Assembly (NCBI GenBank): GCA_963809485.1 | Contig: CAWEJX010000008.1 | Span: 1 to 64,000, forward strand | Length of the DNA stretch: 64,000 nucleotides | Source: an uncultured Acidobacteriota bacterium | GTDB taxonomy: Bacteria > Acidobacteriota > UBA6911 | Direction: 5' to 3' | Part shown: piece after piece, positions 51,044-61,355 of the stretch | Position numbering within the stretch: position 1 is the first letter of the stretch | Layout: the number at the start of each line of letters is the position of its first letter | Program-made: the position numbers and the translations under genes | Notes under the pieces: model-generated | The model's input: the letters and a program-made list of their open reading frames with translations, nothing else | What the model was told of the DNA's origin: nothing | The model's database searches: none

Positions 51044-52035
51044 TCATTTACAGCCTGGAAGAACTGGAAAACGATCTTCGTAGCCATGGTTTTCGGCCGC
51101 TTTACATGGTATTGGGCCCGGAGCAGTATCAGTGCCGGCTTGCCATAAGGCTGCTGAAAGAACAGGTCCTGACTCCCGATTCCGTTGCCTTCGATTACGC
51201 CGAATTTGCCGGGGCTGAAGCGGCCGCCTCGGAGATTATCGAAGCGGCCGGCACGTTCCCGATGCTCTCCAAGCGCCGACTGGTGCTTGTCAGGGACGCC
51301 GACAAACTGCGGGAATCCGAACAGGAAATTCTCATGAATTCCCTCGGCAGGCTTTCGCCGCGCAGTATGCTGATCCTTTCTGCCGAAGACCTGGACCGGC
51401 GGAAGAGGTTTTACAAAACGCTGCTGGACAAAAGCTGCGTTGCGGAGTTTCAAAAGCTGAAAGATGCCGCCCTTGAGCGTTGGGCCGCTTCATTCGTGGC
51501 ACGGGAAGGGTATCGCATCGGAACCGCATCGCTCAAAAAAGTGATCGATCTGGTCGGATCCGATCTGCAGGCGCTGGCTACGGAATTTGAGAAGCTTTTC
51601 TTATACGCGGGAGAACAAACAAACATTTCCGATTCCGCAATCGACGATTTGGTCCGCAGCAGCCGGCAGCATGGAATCTTCGAGCTCATTAATTCTATCG
51701 CTACCCACGATCGCGCCGGCTCTCTCAGGAAGCTTGCGGCATTGCTTGAAGCAGGAGAGCAGGCAATCGGCGTCGCGGCCATGATGGCCCGGCACTGCAG
51801 GCAGGTGCTCATTGCCAAGGAATGCCTTCTGAACCGAAGCAGCACAAGGGAGATAGGGAGCTTGCTGCAGATCAAGCCCTATTTTTTGGATCAGTTCCTG
51901 CGCCAGGCTCGTGTCGCGGATGTCGTCGTCGTCCGGCAGATGCTCATCAGTCTGGCCGAAATTGATCGGAAACTCAAATCGTCATCCGGCCAGGAACGCG
52001 CTCTCCTGGAAAAGCTCATCTGTGCGCTCGTGTAA
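51040..52035 (+). CDS. holA: DNA polymerase III delta subunit
   Basis: PLY...G.E.Y, FPM..RRLVLV, E.EKL..Y, D..LKS. Confidence 0.88.
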   Translation: MIIYSLEELENDLRSHGFRPLYMVLGPEQYQCRLAIRLLKEQVLTPDSVAFDYAEFAGAEAAASEIIEAAGTFPMLSKRRLVLVRDADKLRESEQEILMNSLGRLSPRSMLILSAEDLDRRKRFYKTLLDKSCVAEFQKLKDAALERWAASFVAREGYRIGTASLKKVIDLVGSDLQALATEFEKLFLYAGEQTNISDSAIDDLVRSSRQHGIFELINSIATHDRAGSLRKLAALLEAGEQAIGVAAMMARHCRQVLIAKECLLNRSSTREIGSLLQIKPYFLDQFLRQARVADVVVVRQMLISLAEIDRKLKSSSGQERALLEKLICALV

Positions 52036-52244
52036 GCGCTCCGGGATGGCGGATCTCCTGTGCCGGCCGTGGCTCGATTTACCAGTGGAACTGCGGGGCA
52101 CAGATCGCAAGGTCAAAGTCGCAGGTCCCTGATCCGGCAGCCGAAATCCGCAATATATAGGCGGATCCCATCAAGAGGCCGAATCGATAATCCGCATGCA
52201 TCAGCGCTTTTTTCAGCCTCTGCCAGCGTCTGCAGGGCATGGCT

Positions 52245-52475
52245 GATTACATTGGTAAATCCCCGGCTCTGCCGGGGAACTCAAAGAGTTTGACAGCTCC
52301 GGATTTTGAAACGCTGATAAAAGCGCTGACAAACGCCGATTTGTTCGGCGGGGATCGGAAGCGCCTCATCGGCTTTTGCCCGCGTAGGTCAGCGTTCAAG
52401 ACCGGCGTAACTCATCCAACCGCTTTGAGCGGTTCAAATCTTTCAAGCCTCCGGCTTTGCCGGAGGCACCTGACT
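52245..52475 (+). mobile_element. family-A miniature element, copy A8 (internal deletion)
   Basis: GATTACATTGGTAAATCCCCGGCTCTGCCGGGG ... CAAGCCTCCGGCTTTGCCGGAGGCACCTGAC. Confidence 0.86.
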
Positions 52476-52517
52476 AATCTGAGACCTGCGGCCTGCATTC
52501 GGGCGAATATGGGTGGA

Positions 52518-52799
52518 TTATGCCTGCTTGGATGCGGACAAAGCCGTGTTCAAACGCCTGGTTAAGCGGGATTTTTGGCGCGCTGCGGCATTTTTGCTGA
52601 TGGCTTTCTTGTGCCGGGACTTGTCGATTGCGGCATAGAGGCCAGACAACGAATTCTGCGCTTCTTCGGCCTTTCCGGCTTCCACTCGTTCCGTGAATTG
52701 TTTCAGGGTGGTACGCAAGCTGCTTTTGTTGTGTCGATTTGTGCTCCGGTGTTTCAGGTTTTGTCTGTGCGCCTTCAGGGCCGATGCATGATTGGCCAT
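52518..52799 (-). CDS. rpsT: 30S ribosomal protein S20
   Basis: MANHASALK, KNAAARQKSRL. Confidence 0.95.
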   Translation of the reverse strand: MANHASALKAHRQNLKHRSTNRHNKSSLRTTLKQFTERVEAGKAEEAQNSLSGLYAAIDKSRHKKAISKNAAARQKSRLTRRLNTALSASKQA

Positions 52800-52854
52800 T
52801 CTTTTAAAACTCCTTAAAGTAAAGTACCTTCTGCCCGTCTCCTAAAAACCCTTT

Positions 52855-52926
52855 ACTTTACAAGTATTTAACATGCATGTCAAATCAAATTTTCCGATTG
52901 ACTTCGATGAACGCCAGACCTAAAAT
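52855..52926. promoter_or_regulatory. back-to-back sigma70 promoters (rpsT and phoH)
   Basis: Minus strand TTGACA-17-TAAAGT (52883-52855); plus strand TTGACT-17-TAAAAT (52898-52926). Confidence 0.7.
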
Positions 52927-53036
52927 CCTCTCTAGACATGCGAGTGAGAGTCACGATCGGTTATTTCCCCATCGATTTCTGGAAATGTCTTTTACCCAAA
53001 ATCATTCCCAACAGCGAGGTCGGGCCGGATTTATAG

Positions 53037-54029
53037 ATGAGAAAAGTTCTGCTTTCGGATCGAAGTCTGCAACTGCTTTTCGGGCCCCTCGATGAAAACG
53101 TGAGATTCCTGGAAAACCTGTTCGGAGTTGCCATCCAGGCGCGGGATTCTTCTCTGACCATTGATGGAGAAGAGGAAGATGTCGCGGCCTTGGAAAAAAT
53201 CCTTCTGGATTTTTCAACTCTTGTCGACAAGGGTCATTTGATCTCGAACGGGGATCTCAAAGCTGCCTTCAAGCAAATCGCCGAGGACACGGCGCTTTCT
53301 CTGCATGATTTTTTTCCCAAGATGCAGCTGCTCCCCGGGGGAAAGCGCCAGGTCACGCCCAAAAGCCCGAACCAGCGGCGCTATGTGGAGGCAATTAAAA
53401 ACAACGACGTGGTTTTCGGGATTGGGCCCGGAGGCACCGGCAAGACCTTTCTGGCTGTTGCGATGGCCCTCACCTACCTGCTTGAAAAGAGCGTATCGAG
53501 AATCGTGCTCACCCGGCCTGCCGTCGAAGCGGGAGAGAAACTCGGATTCCTCCCGGGCGACATCGAAGAGAAAATCAATCCGTACCTGCGGCCCCTCTAC
53601 GATGCGCTTTACATTCTCATGGACGGCGAAAAAATCCAGCGCTACATGGAAGACGGAATCATCGAAATCGCGCCGCTCGCCTTTATGAGAGGACGCACGC
53701 TGAGCGATGCATTTATAATTCTGGATGAGGCACAAAACACCACCTCCGAGCAAATGAAGATGTTCCTGACGCGGATCGGCATGCGCTCCAAGGCCGTCAT
53801 TACCGGCGATATCACGCAGATCGATCTTCCCTTCGGCCGGAACTCGGGATTGATTGAAGCCAGGAGCATCCTGGGCGAAGTGCAGGGGCTCGCTTTCTGC
53901 TACTTCAACGAAAACGACGTTGTGCGGCACCATCTGGTGCGCTTGATTATCAAAGCCTATCAAAAACACGCCGAGAATGAGATGCGCGCGGAAGGAAACG
54001 GGAATAATGGCAAAGGATTCAAAGATTAG
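53037..54029 (+). CDS. PhoH-family ATPase
   Basis: [33 protein letters not shown]. Confidence 0.93.
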   Translation: MRKVLLSDRSLQLLFGPLDENVRFLENLFGVAIQARDSSLTIDGEEEDVAALEKILLDFSTLVDKGHLISNGDLKAAFKQIAEDTALSLHDFFPKMQLLPGGKRQVTPKSPNQRRYVEAIKNNDVVFGIGPGGTGKTFLAVAMALTYLLEKSVSRIVLTRPAVEAGEKLGFLPGDIEEKINPYLRPLYDALYILMDGEKIQRYMEDGIIEIAPLAFMRGRTLSDAFIILDEAQNTTSEQMKMFLTRIGMRSKAVITGDITQIDLPFGRNSGLIEARSILGEVQGLAFCYFNENDVVRHHLVRLIIKAYQKHAENEMRAEGNGNNGKGFKD

Positions 54030-55116
54030 GCTGGGAATCGTCTTCGGGGGACGCTCCGGTGAACATGAAGTCTCGCTCACATCCGCCGCTTCCGTGATCA
54101 GCGCCCTGGATCCCGACGAGTTCGAGATCACGGCCATCGGGATCACCAAGACGGGCAAACTGGCAAGCGTCTCCGAAGTGCGCGCAATGCTGCCGCCCTC
54201 GCTGCTGCCGCGTGTTCAAATCAGCGAGGTGTTGCAGGGGGACGGTCCGGGATTACGGGTGGCATCGCGAACGCCTGAAAAACAGGAAGATTCCCGCAGG
54301 AATCCGCAGATCTTTTTCCCTTTGCTGCATGGCCCCTACGGCGAGGATGGAACCATCCAGGGTTTGCTCGAAATGGCCGGATTGCCCTTTGTCGGTTGCG
54401 GAGTGCTGGCTTCAGCCGTCGGCATGGACAAGGATGTCATGAAGCGGCTTTTCCTGCAGGCCGGTCTCCCGTCTACGCCCCACAGGACCGTGATGGCGCG
54501 GGATATAGCACAGGGAGTGGACTCCATACGAAAATCCGCTGCCCGGGAATTCGGCTATCCGATGTTTTCCAAGCCGGCGAATTTGGGATCGTCCGTGGGC
54601 ATATGCAAGATACATTCCGAGAGGGAGTTTGAAAAGTCGATCCGGTATTCGGCCCGCTTCGACCGCAAAATCCTGATCGAAAAGGGTATTGACGGAAGGG
54701 AACTGGAATGCGCAATTCTGGGGAACGATACGCCGCAGGCTTCCGTAGTAGGCGAGGTGGTATCGGCCCATGAGTTTTACGACTACGAAGCCAAATACAT
54801 GAGCCCGGCAAGCCGGCTGGAGATACCCGCGCGCATCGAAGATAAAAAAAAGGAGGAAATCCGCGATCTGGCCCTGCGTTCGTTCAGGGCCATCGATGGT
54901 TCGGGCCTGGCCCGGGTTGATTTTTTCCTGGAGCGCGCCACAAACAAAGTCTGGATCAACGAAATCAACACCATGCCCGGATTCACCCCCATCAGCATGT
55001 ACGCCAAACTTTGGGCCGCAACCGGTGTGGCGTTCGACGAACTGGTGCGCCGGCTGGTCGGGTTTGGCATGGAGCGGTTTCATGAGAAACTCCGGCTGCA
55101 GATTTCGGGCGAGTGA
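54007..55116 (+). CDS. ddl: D-alanine--D-alanine ligase
   Basis: [40 protein letters not shown]. Confidence 0.93.
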   Translation: MAKDSKIRLGIVFGGRSGEHEVSLTSAASVISALDPDEFEITAIGITKTGKLASVSEVRAMLPPSLLPRVQISEVLQGDGPGLRVASRTPEKQEDSRRNPQIFFPLLHGPYGEDGTIQGLLEMAGLPFVGCGVLASAVGMDKDVMKRLFLQAGLPSTPHRTVMARDIAQGVDSIRKSAAREFGYPMFSKPANLGSSVGICKIHSEREFEKSIRYSARFDRKILIEKGIDGRELECAILGNDTPQASVVGEVVSAHEFYDYEAKYMSPASRLEIPARIEDKKKEEIRDLALRSFRAIDGSGLARVDFFLERATNKVWINEINTMPGFTPISMYAKLWAATGVAFDELVRRLVGFGMERFHEKLRLQISGE

Positions 55117-55276
55117 CCCCGGGGATGCAGAAGCGGCGATTTGCGGCAAGGGCATCGGACAGATGACCTTCGGATGTTTGCTGGATCATGAAAGGACGAT
55201 TCGGTTTGTCAGCATATACAAAATTTTTATATAACGGGCCTGACAGCTACAATGAGACAGGCAGGAGGAAACGCCC

Positions 55277-55525
55277 ATGAGCGATCTATTGCATGAGGAA
55301 CAACTCCGGCAGCAATTATTGCGGGAAAACGCGGAATTCCGGCGGCTCGCAGCGGAACATCAAGCATACAGCGATCAGCTGGAAGGATTATCGAACAAAC
55401 ACTTTCTGAGCGAAGAAGAGGAACTGCAGGAAAAGACGCTGAAAAAAAAGAAACTGATGCTGAAGGACCAGATGTATACCATGGTCCAGAAAGCTCGCAA
55501 ACAAAGGGAGAATGGATCCCGCTAA
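55277..55525 (+). CDS. DUF465/YdcH-like small coiled-coil protein
   Basis: EFRRL..EH...LKKKKL.LKD. Confidence 0.75.
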   Translation: MSDLLHEEQLRQQLLRENAEFRRLAAEHQAYSDQLEGLSNKHFLSEEEELQEKTLKKKKLMLKDQMYTMVQKARKQRENGSR

Positions 55526-55830
55526 TCCCTGGGGGAGATTTCCCGGCTCCGCAGACAAGGCCGCATCAGGCTATAAAAATACCGGAGCATGCCTTTCCCC
55601 GGTGTTCTGACAGCAGCCCGGAGCCTCAGCACTGTAAAATACTGAATATCGAGATTCGAATGTCGAACCGCAGAAAAGCCTCGAAATTCAATATCCGGTA
55701 TTCTGCGGCTCAAAAAGCTTCAGTGAAATCTATGGCGCATGAAACTTCCTTTATCTTTCATCGTTTGCGATCGGGCCCTTTAGAGGCGCTGGCAACCGCA
55801 AAGCCGCCGGCGTTGCGGGAGGCTGCTCGT
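55523..55830 (+). mobile_element. family-B miniature element (degenerate)
   Basis: Starts at a stop codon (TAA-T); shares GGAGCATGCCTT..GTTCTGA, the TCGAAT palindrome and TTTGCGATC.GGC blocks with 44066 and 24812. Confidence 0.62.
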
Positions 55831-55874
55831 TCTGCGGGGCAAGGGTGCGCGCGCAGGCGCGCGGGTGGGAAGGG

Positions 55875-56483
55875 ATGCCTATGGTGAAGGAGGGTTACCG
55901 GTTTATCATCCCATGTCTTATCGCGGGCATCCTGTGCGCGCTCCTGCACTTTGCCTATCCGGCGTTTCTGTTTTTTGTTCTTGCTGTTTTCATGGGCTTC
56001 TTTTTTCGCAACCCGACGAGAGAAATTCCGGATACCCCAAACCTGATCGTTTCTCCCGCGGACGGCAAGGTCGTAAGAATTTCCCAGACAGCCGGCGGCG
56101 AACAGACCCTCAGCATTTTTCTCAATATCTTTAACGTGCATGTCAACCGCTCCCCGATCGCGGGGGAATTGCAGAGCCTCGATTACCAGCGTGGAAAGTT
56201 TAAGGCGGCTTTTGACGATGAGGCTTCACGGGTGAACGAACAAAACATCCTGACTATCGCATGCGAAGGGACACCCGTCGTCGTGCGCCAGATCGCTGGG
56301 CTGATTGCGAGGCGTGTGGTATGCTGGAAGAAGCCCGGCGACAGGCTTGAGCGGGGAGAGCTCATTGGCCTGATCCGTTTTGGTTCCAGGGTGGATGTTA
56401 CCGTTCCCGAGCATGCCAGGATACGCGTCAAGGTAGGAGATAAGGTTCAGGGGGGCAGTTCCGTCCTCGGAGAATTGGCATGA
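55875..56483 (+). CDS. psd: phosphatidylserine decarboxylase proenzyme
   Basis: FFRNP, SPADG, HVNRSP, FGSR cleavage motif. Confidence 0.92.
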   Translation: MPMVKEGYRFIIPCLIAGILCALLHFAYPAFLFFVLAVFMGFFFRNPTREIPDTPNLIVSPADGKVVRISQTAGGEQTLSIFLNIFNVHVNRSPIAGELQSLDYQRGKFKAAFDDEASRVNEQNILTIACEGTPVVVRQIAGLIARRVVCWKKPGDRLERGELIGLIRFGSRVDVTVPEHARIRVKVGDKVQGGSSVLGELA

Positions 56484-57274
56484 ACACGCGCGCAGAGCCC
56501 AATGAATTGAGCCCGCAGGGAACCCGCCGCAAGCGGCTGGGCCGGGGAGTGTTCGTTCTTCCCAGCTTGTTTACCGTCGGCAATATTTTCTGCGGCTATT
56601 ATGCGGTCCTGTCGACCATGCACGGGAATTATGGTCAGGCTGCCTACGCGATCGGTCTGGCTATTATACTGGACATGCTCGACGGCCGGATCGCGCGGCT
56701 GACCAACTCCAGCACCGACTTCGGGTTGCAGCTCGACTCCCTGGCGGATGTGATTTCGTTCGGCGTCGCGCCTTCTGTCCTCGCGCTGGTCTGGGGATTA
56801 TCGACCGTGGATTTCCGGCTGGCGTGGACGGCGGCCTTTACCTTCACGATCTGCGGTGCAATGCGGCTTGCCCGCTTTAACGTCCAGGCAGCGAACCTGA
56901 AGCATTTTGTGGGCCTTCCGATTCCGGCAGGCGGAGGAATCATCGCAGCCATCGTACACTTTTTCCAGGAGCCCATAAAAAATCCTTTGGGCGCCAATTT
57001 GATGGTCGCGTGCGTTTTTTTTACGGCGTTTCTGATGATCAGCACGATTCGTTACAGCAGCCTGAAGCACCTTACCCTGGGGAAAAAATCACACCTGGCG
57101 ATTCTGGTGATGGCTTTGCTGGTTGCCCTGATTTTTAATTATTCCCGGCCGACGCTTCTCGCCCTTGCAGTGGTTTACCTTCTGTCCGGTCCGGCCCACA
57201 AGCTGTATGCATTGGCAAGGCGCAGGAAACCGGGAGAAGAACTCACTCTCGCAGATTCCGTTCAGCACCGATAG
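56480..57274 (+). CDS. pssA: CDP-diacylglycerol--serine O-phosphatidyltransferase
   Basis: DGRIAR...G.QLDSLAD, RLARFN. Confidence 0.92.
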   Translation: MNTRAEPNELSPQGTRRKRLGRGVFVLPSLFTVGNIFCGYYAVLSTMHGNYGQAAYAIGLAIILDMLDGRIARLTNSSTDFGLQLDSLADVISFGVAPSVLALVWGLSTVDFRLAWTAAFTFTICGAMRLARFNVQAANLKHFVGLPIPAGGGIIAAIVHFFQEPIKNPLGANLMVACVFFTAFLMISTIRYSSLKHLTLGKKSHLAILVMALLVALIFNYSRPTLLALAVVYLLSGPAHKLYALARRRKPGEELTLADSVQHR

Positions 57275-57390
57275 CGCGGAAGATCCCGGAAGGGCGGGCG
57301 GCATCGATTGGACCCGTTTCCGGTCGGCGCGAAAGCCGGGAACGCGGGTCGATAAATCGATCTCAATAATTCCTTTCCTTCAATATTGCT

Positions 57391-58143
57391 ATGCCGGTCT
57401 ACGAGGCTGAAGCCATTGTGCTGCGCCAATACTCGCTGGGCGATTCCGATCGAATCGTTGTCTGTATCACAAGGGAATTCGGAAAGATCAGGGCAGCCGC
57501 CCAGGGGGCCAAGAAACCCAAAAGCCGCTTTTCCGGTGCTCTGGAGCCCCTGAATCACGTGCGCCTGGAGTTTTATATCCGGGAAGGGCGCGACCTGGGC
57601 CAGGTCCGGCAGGTCGAACTCATTCATTCATTCCTCGGCAAAAACCCTTCCTTAAAACAGGTTTACGCCTTCAGTTATTTCGCAGAAATAGTCCATGAGA
57701 TCATTCAGGATAATCAACCGAACCCCTCGTTGTTCAGGCTATTATTGGCATCCCTCAAAGCGGGCGAGGGACGGGTTCCCGATCCGTCGCTGGCGCGATA
57801 TTTCGAAATCTGGTCCCTGAAGCTGAGCGGCCTGCTGCCCAATTATGCCTATTGCTCGAATTGTGGTAAGTGTGTTAAAGATGATGGGTTTTTTACATGG
57901 GTTGGCTCCGGGAATGTCTTTTGTCCGGAATGTGCGCGCGGGCGCGGACTGCGCATCGGGCCTGCGGCGGCAAGCGCGCTGCAGGATATGAACCGTTTTC
58001 CGCCCGAAATGTTTATGTCCCGGCCCCTTGCGGAAGATGCAGCGGCAGATCTCGAGCGGCTGACACAGAGGCTTTTGGAATTGCATTTGGAAAAACAGCT
58101 GAAATCCTACCGGATTTTGCGGGAAGCGCTTACGGGCCAGTGA
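57391..58143 (+). CDS. recO: DNA repair protein RecO
   Basis: D.DRIV, GAKKPKSRF, Cys4 motif. Confidence 0.92.
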   Translation: MPVYEAEAIVLRQYSLGDSDRIVVCITREFGKIRAAAQGAKKPKSRFSGALEPLNHVRLEFYIREGRDLGQVRQVELIHSFLGKNPSLKQVYAFSYFAEIVHEIIQDNQPNPSLFRLLLASLKAGEGRVPDPSLARYFEIWSLKLSGLLPNYAYCSNCGKCVKDDGFFTWVGSGNVFCPECARGRGLRIGPAAASALQDMNRFPPEMFMSRPLAEDAAADLERLTQRLLELHLEKQLKSYRILREALTGQ

Positions 58144-58149
58144 ATCGCA

Positions 58150-59049
58150 ATGCAACCGAAAAACTTTCAGGAAATAATTCTAACCCTTGAACGGTACTGG
58201 AATCGCCGCGGCTGCGTTCTTCAACAGCCTTACGATGTGGAGGTAGGAGCCGGTACCATGGCGCCGGAGACCTTCCTTCGCGTGCTGGGCCCGGAGCCTT
58301 ATCGGGTAGCGTACGTCATGCCCTCCCGACGCCCGGCGGACGGCCGGTACGGAGACAATCCGAACCGCGTTCAAAAACATCACCAATATCAGGTCATTCT
58401 GAAGCCTTCTCCTCGAAATGTGCAGGACCTGTACCTTCAGAGCCTGTCGGCGCTGGGCATCGATCTCAGGGAGCACGACCTGCGCTTTGAGGAGGACAAC
58501 TGGGAAGCCCCGACACTGGGGGCGTGGGGAATAGGATGGCAGGTCCTGCTCGACGGACTTGAAATTACCCAGTTCACATATTTTCAGCAGGCCGGGGGGC
58601 TCGACCTGGATCCCATAAGCGCCGAGATAACCTACGGGCTTGAGCGCATCGCCACATTCATTGCCCAGGTCGACAGCATTTATGATCTGAAATGGTCGGA
58701 CGATTACACCTACCGGGATATCCGGCACCGGGAAGAGGTCGAATTTTCCACCTATAATTTCGAAACTGCAGACATCGACATGCTGTTCAAGCTGTTTTCC
58801 CAGTATGAGGGGGAAAGCAAGCGCCTGCTGGGTCTGGGACTGGCGCTTCCTGCTTATGATTATTGCCTCAAATGCTCCCATACGTTCAATCTCCTGGACT
58901 CCAGGGGAGCCATCAGTGTAACCGAGAGAGTTGGAATCATTGCACGAGTGAGGCAGCTCGCCTGCGAGGTCGCGCGGCGCTACCTCGCAAGCCGCGAGAG
59001 CCAGGAATTCCCGCTTCTGCAATCCCGCGAAGCCGTGCAGGCCCCGTAA
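58150..59049 (+). CDS. glyQ: glycine--tRNA ligase alpha subunit
   Basis: [26 protein letters not shown]. Confidence 0.96.
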   Translation: MQPKNFQEIILTLERYWNRRGCVLQQPYDVEVGAGTMAPETFLRVLGPEPYRVAYVMPSRRPADGRYGDNPNRVQKHHQYQVILKPSPRNVQDLYLQSLSALGIDLREHDLRFEEDNWEAPTLGAWGIGWQVLLDGLEITQFTYFQQAGGLDLDPISAEITYGLERIATFIAQVDSIYDLKWSDDYTYRDIRHREEVEFSTYNFETADIDMLFKLFSQYEGESKRLLGLGLALPAYDYCLKCSHTFNLLDSRGAISVTERVGIIARVRQLACEVARRYLASRESQEFPLLQSREAVQAP

Positions 59050-59055
59050 CCGGAT

Positions 59056-61134
59056 ATGGAAAAATCAGAGCTTGTCGTCGAATTAGGTGTGGAAGAAATA
59101 CCGGCCTCCATGATTGAGGAGGCGGCCCGTCAATTCTCGGAAATGCTCGTGGACTCGCTTCGGGAGCAGCGCCTCAGTGCGGGAGAGGGAATCGTGTGGC
59201 ATACGCCCCGCAGAATCATTGCAGGCATCCGCGATATCCCCGTGCGCCAGGAGGATCTGACCGAGGCGGTCACCGGCCCGCCCCGAAGCGTCGCTTTCGA
59301 TGCCGCGGGCGCGCCCACCCGGGCTGCCATCGCGTTTGCTCAAAAAAATGGCGCCGCGCTGGAACAGATGAAGATCGTTCAGACTGCCAAAGGCGAGTAC
59401 CTGACCATCGAGCGCGTGATGCGCGGCGCGAAAACGCACGAGATCCTGCAAAGCCTGATTCCGGCCTGCATTCGAAAAATCCAGTTTCCCAAAACCATGC
59501 ACTGGAGCCCGGACCACTTTCGCTTTGCGCGCCCGCTTCGCTGGATTGTCGCGCTCTTCGGGGGGAAAATCGTCCGTTTCAGCCTGGCGGATGTGACCTC
59601 TTCAAAATATACCGCCGGACATCGCTTCCTCGGGAAATGCAGAATTCCGGTATCCTCTCTGGAATCTCTGCAGCAGCAGTTGCGCAACAATGCGGTGATT
59701 GCGGACGGCGGTGAACGCCTGGCGCGCATCCAGGAGGGACTGCGCCGCGAAACGGAAGCCTGCGGCGGGCGACTGCTGGAAGATTCCGAACTGCTGAAGA
59801 TGGTTGTGAACCTGAACGAGGCGCCTTCCGTTGTGAGGGGGTCTTTCGAAAATCGTTTTCTTGCCCTGCCGCAGGAAATACTGATCACCGTAATGCGGGA
59901 GCACCAGAAATATTTTTCAATTCTGGACGGCGAGGGGCGGCTGATGCCGGAGTTCCTGACCGTGGTGAACCTTCCATCGGACCGGGCGGATATCATACGC
60001 GCCGGGCATGAACGGGTCTTGCGGGCCAGGCTCGCCGATGCGGATTTCTTCTGGGAGACCGACAGGAAATCGAAACTTGGGGACCGGGAGCCATCCCTCA
60101 AGGGTGTGCTCTTCCAGGAAAAACTGGGGTCCTATTATGATAAAACCCGGCGGGTGCTCACGCTGCTCCCCGAGATCGCAAAGGCAGTGAAACGGACCGA
60201 CCTTCTGGCGGATCTCGAGACCGCGGGGCATCTATTCAAGTGCGATCTTGTCACCGAAATGGTCAAGGAGTTCCCGGATCTGCAGGGAATTGTCGGCGGT
60301 CTCTACGCCAGGGCCGAAGGATACCCGGAAAATGTCTGGAGAGCCGTCTACGAGCAGTATCTTCCGAAGTCCACGAAGTCCCCTTCGCCATCTTCGGATA
60401 CCGGAGCAATCCTGGCCCTGGCCGACCGTCTCGATACCGTGTGCGGCTGCTTCTCCGTCGGTCTGATTCCATCCGGGTCCGGGGACCCGTTTGCCGTGCG
60501 CCGTCACGGGAACGGCATTCTCAAAATTATTTTCGACAACCGGTGGAGCATTTCCCTGAACCGGCTCCTGCAGCACAGCCTGGAGGCTTACTCGCTCGCC
60601 GCGAATGCTGCGTTGGACGCGCTTAAAGAATTTTTCGAAGGTCGCATGCGATTCCTTTTCGACGAGATGGGATATTCCTACGATTGCGTCCATGCGGCGA
60701 TGGCGGCGGGCTTCGATGATCCGCTCGATACGCTGGAGCGCCTGCGCGCCCTTGAGGAAATGCGCGAGGAGGCCGACTTTCTTTCGCTGGCCTCCAATTT
60801 CAAGCGTATAGTAAATATTCTGTCACAGGCAGGGGAACCGGCCGCTTCACTGGAGGAGTCCGGACTCAAGGATCCCGCTGAGCTTGCCCTGTGGCAATGC
60901 TACCTGCGCGTGCGGCCTGACGTGGAGGCGGCGCGACAGAGCCACGACTATGGGGCGGCGCTGCGATCTCTGGCTTCGATGCGCGGCGCCGTGGATGCGT
61001 TTTTCAAAGAAGTCATGGTGATGGCCGAGGATCCGGCGGTCCGAGCGAATCGCCTGTCGCTGCTGCGCTGCGTTTCGCAGCTGTTCCGAAGCATCGCGGA
61101 TATTTCCAGGATCGTCCTTGAAAAAGGCGCCTGA
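59056..61134 (+). CDS. glyS: glycine--tRNA ligase beta subunit
   Basis: ELGVEEIP, TPRR, MVKEFPDLQG, DPFAVRR. Confidence 0.95.
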   Translation: MEKSELVVELGVEEIPASMIEEAARQFSEMLVDSLREQRLSAGEGIVWHTPRRIIAGIRDIPVRQEDLTEAVTGPPRSVAFDAAGAPTRAAIAFAQKNGAALEQMKIVQTAKGEYLTIERVMRGAKTHEILQSLIPACIRKIQFPKTMHWSPDHFRFARPLRWIVALFGGKIVRFSLADVTSSKYTAGHRFLGKCRIPVSSLESLQQQLRNNAVIADGGERLARIQEGLRRETEACGGRLLEDSELLKMVVNLNEAPSVVRGSFENRFLALPQEILITVMREHQKYFSILDGEGRLMPEFLTVVNLPSDRADIIRAGHERVLRARLADADFFWETDRKSKLGDREPSLKGVLFQEKLGSYYDKTRRVLTLLPEIAKAVKRTDLLADLETAGHLFKCDLVTEMVKEFPDLQGIVGGLYARAEGYPENVWRAVYEQYLPKSTKSPSPSSDTGAILALADRLDTVCGCFSVGLIPSGSGDPFAVRRHGNGILKIIFDNRWSISLNRLLQHSLEAYSLAANAALDALKEFFEGRMRFLFDEMGYSYDCVHAAMAAGFDDPLDTLERLRALEEMREEADFLSLASNFKRIVNILSQAGEPAASLEESGLKDPAELALWQCYLRVRPDVEAARQSHDYGAALRSLASMRGAVDAFFKEVMVMAEDPAVRANRLSLLRCVSQLFRSIADISRIVLEKGA

Positions 61135-61355
61135 TGAAGTCTCCATGGAACCGTGGCTGCACAATACTTTGAGATTCTTCGAGCTCTTCGCGGTCCTTGA
61201 GAAGAGCTGCAAAAATCTCAAAGCTTTTATGTCCGGGGAAAGAGAGGGGATTTCCCCCAAGGTAATTCATTACATATACCGGATAACGCCCCGGAAGCAG
61301 CGGCAAGCTGCCATCATTTTTCCGGGACGCGTTGTCTCAAGTGAGGAATGCAAAG

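Noticed and set aside
3274-52475. Repeats as a CRISPR array or integron attC sites
   Set aside because: Copies are dispersed between core genes. There is no repeat-spacer periodicity, no cas gene and no integron integrase.
3200-52565. Recurring small ORFs with near-identical peptides (MTAPYFETL..., LEPLKAVGGVTLVL, PTALSGSNLS, NPRLCRG)
   Set aside because: They are translations of the family-A repeat in varying frames and strands with no consistent start or stop, not a protein family.
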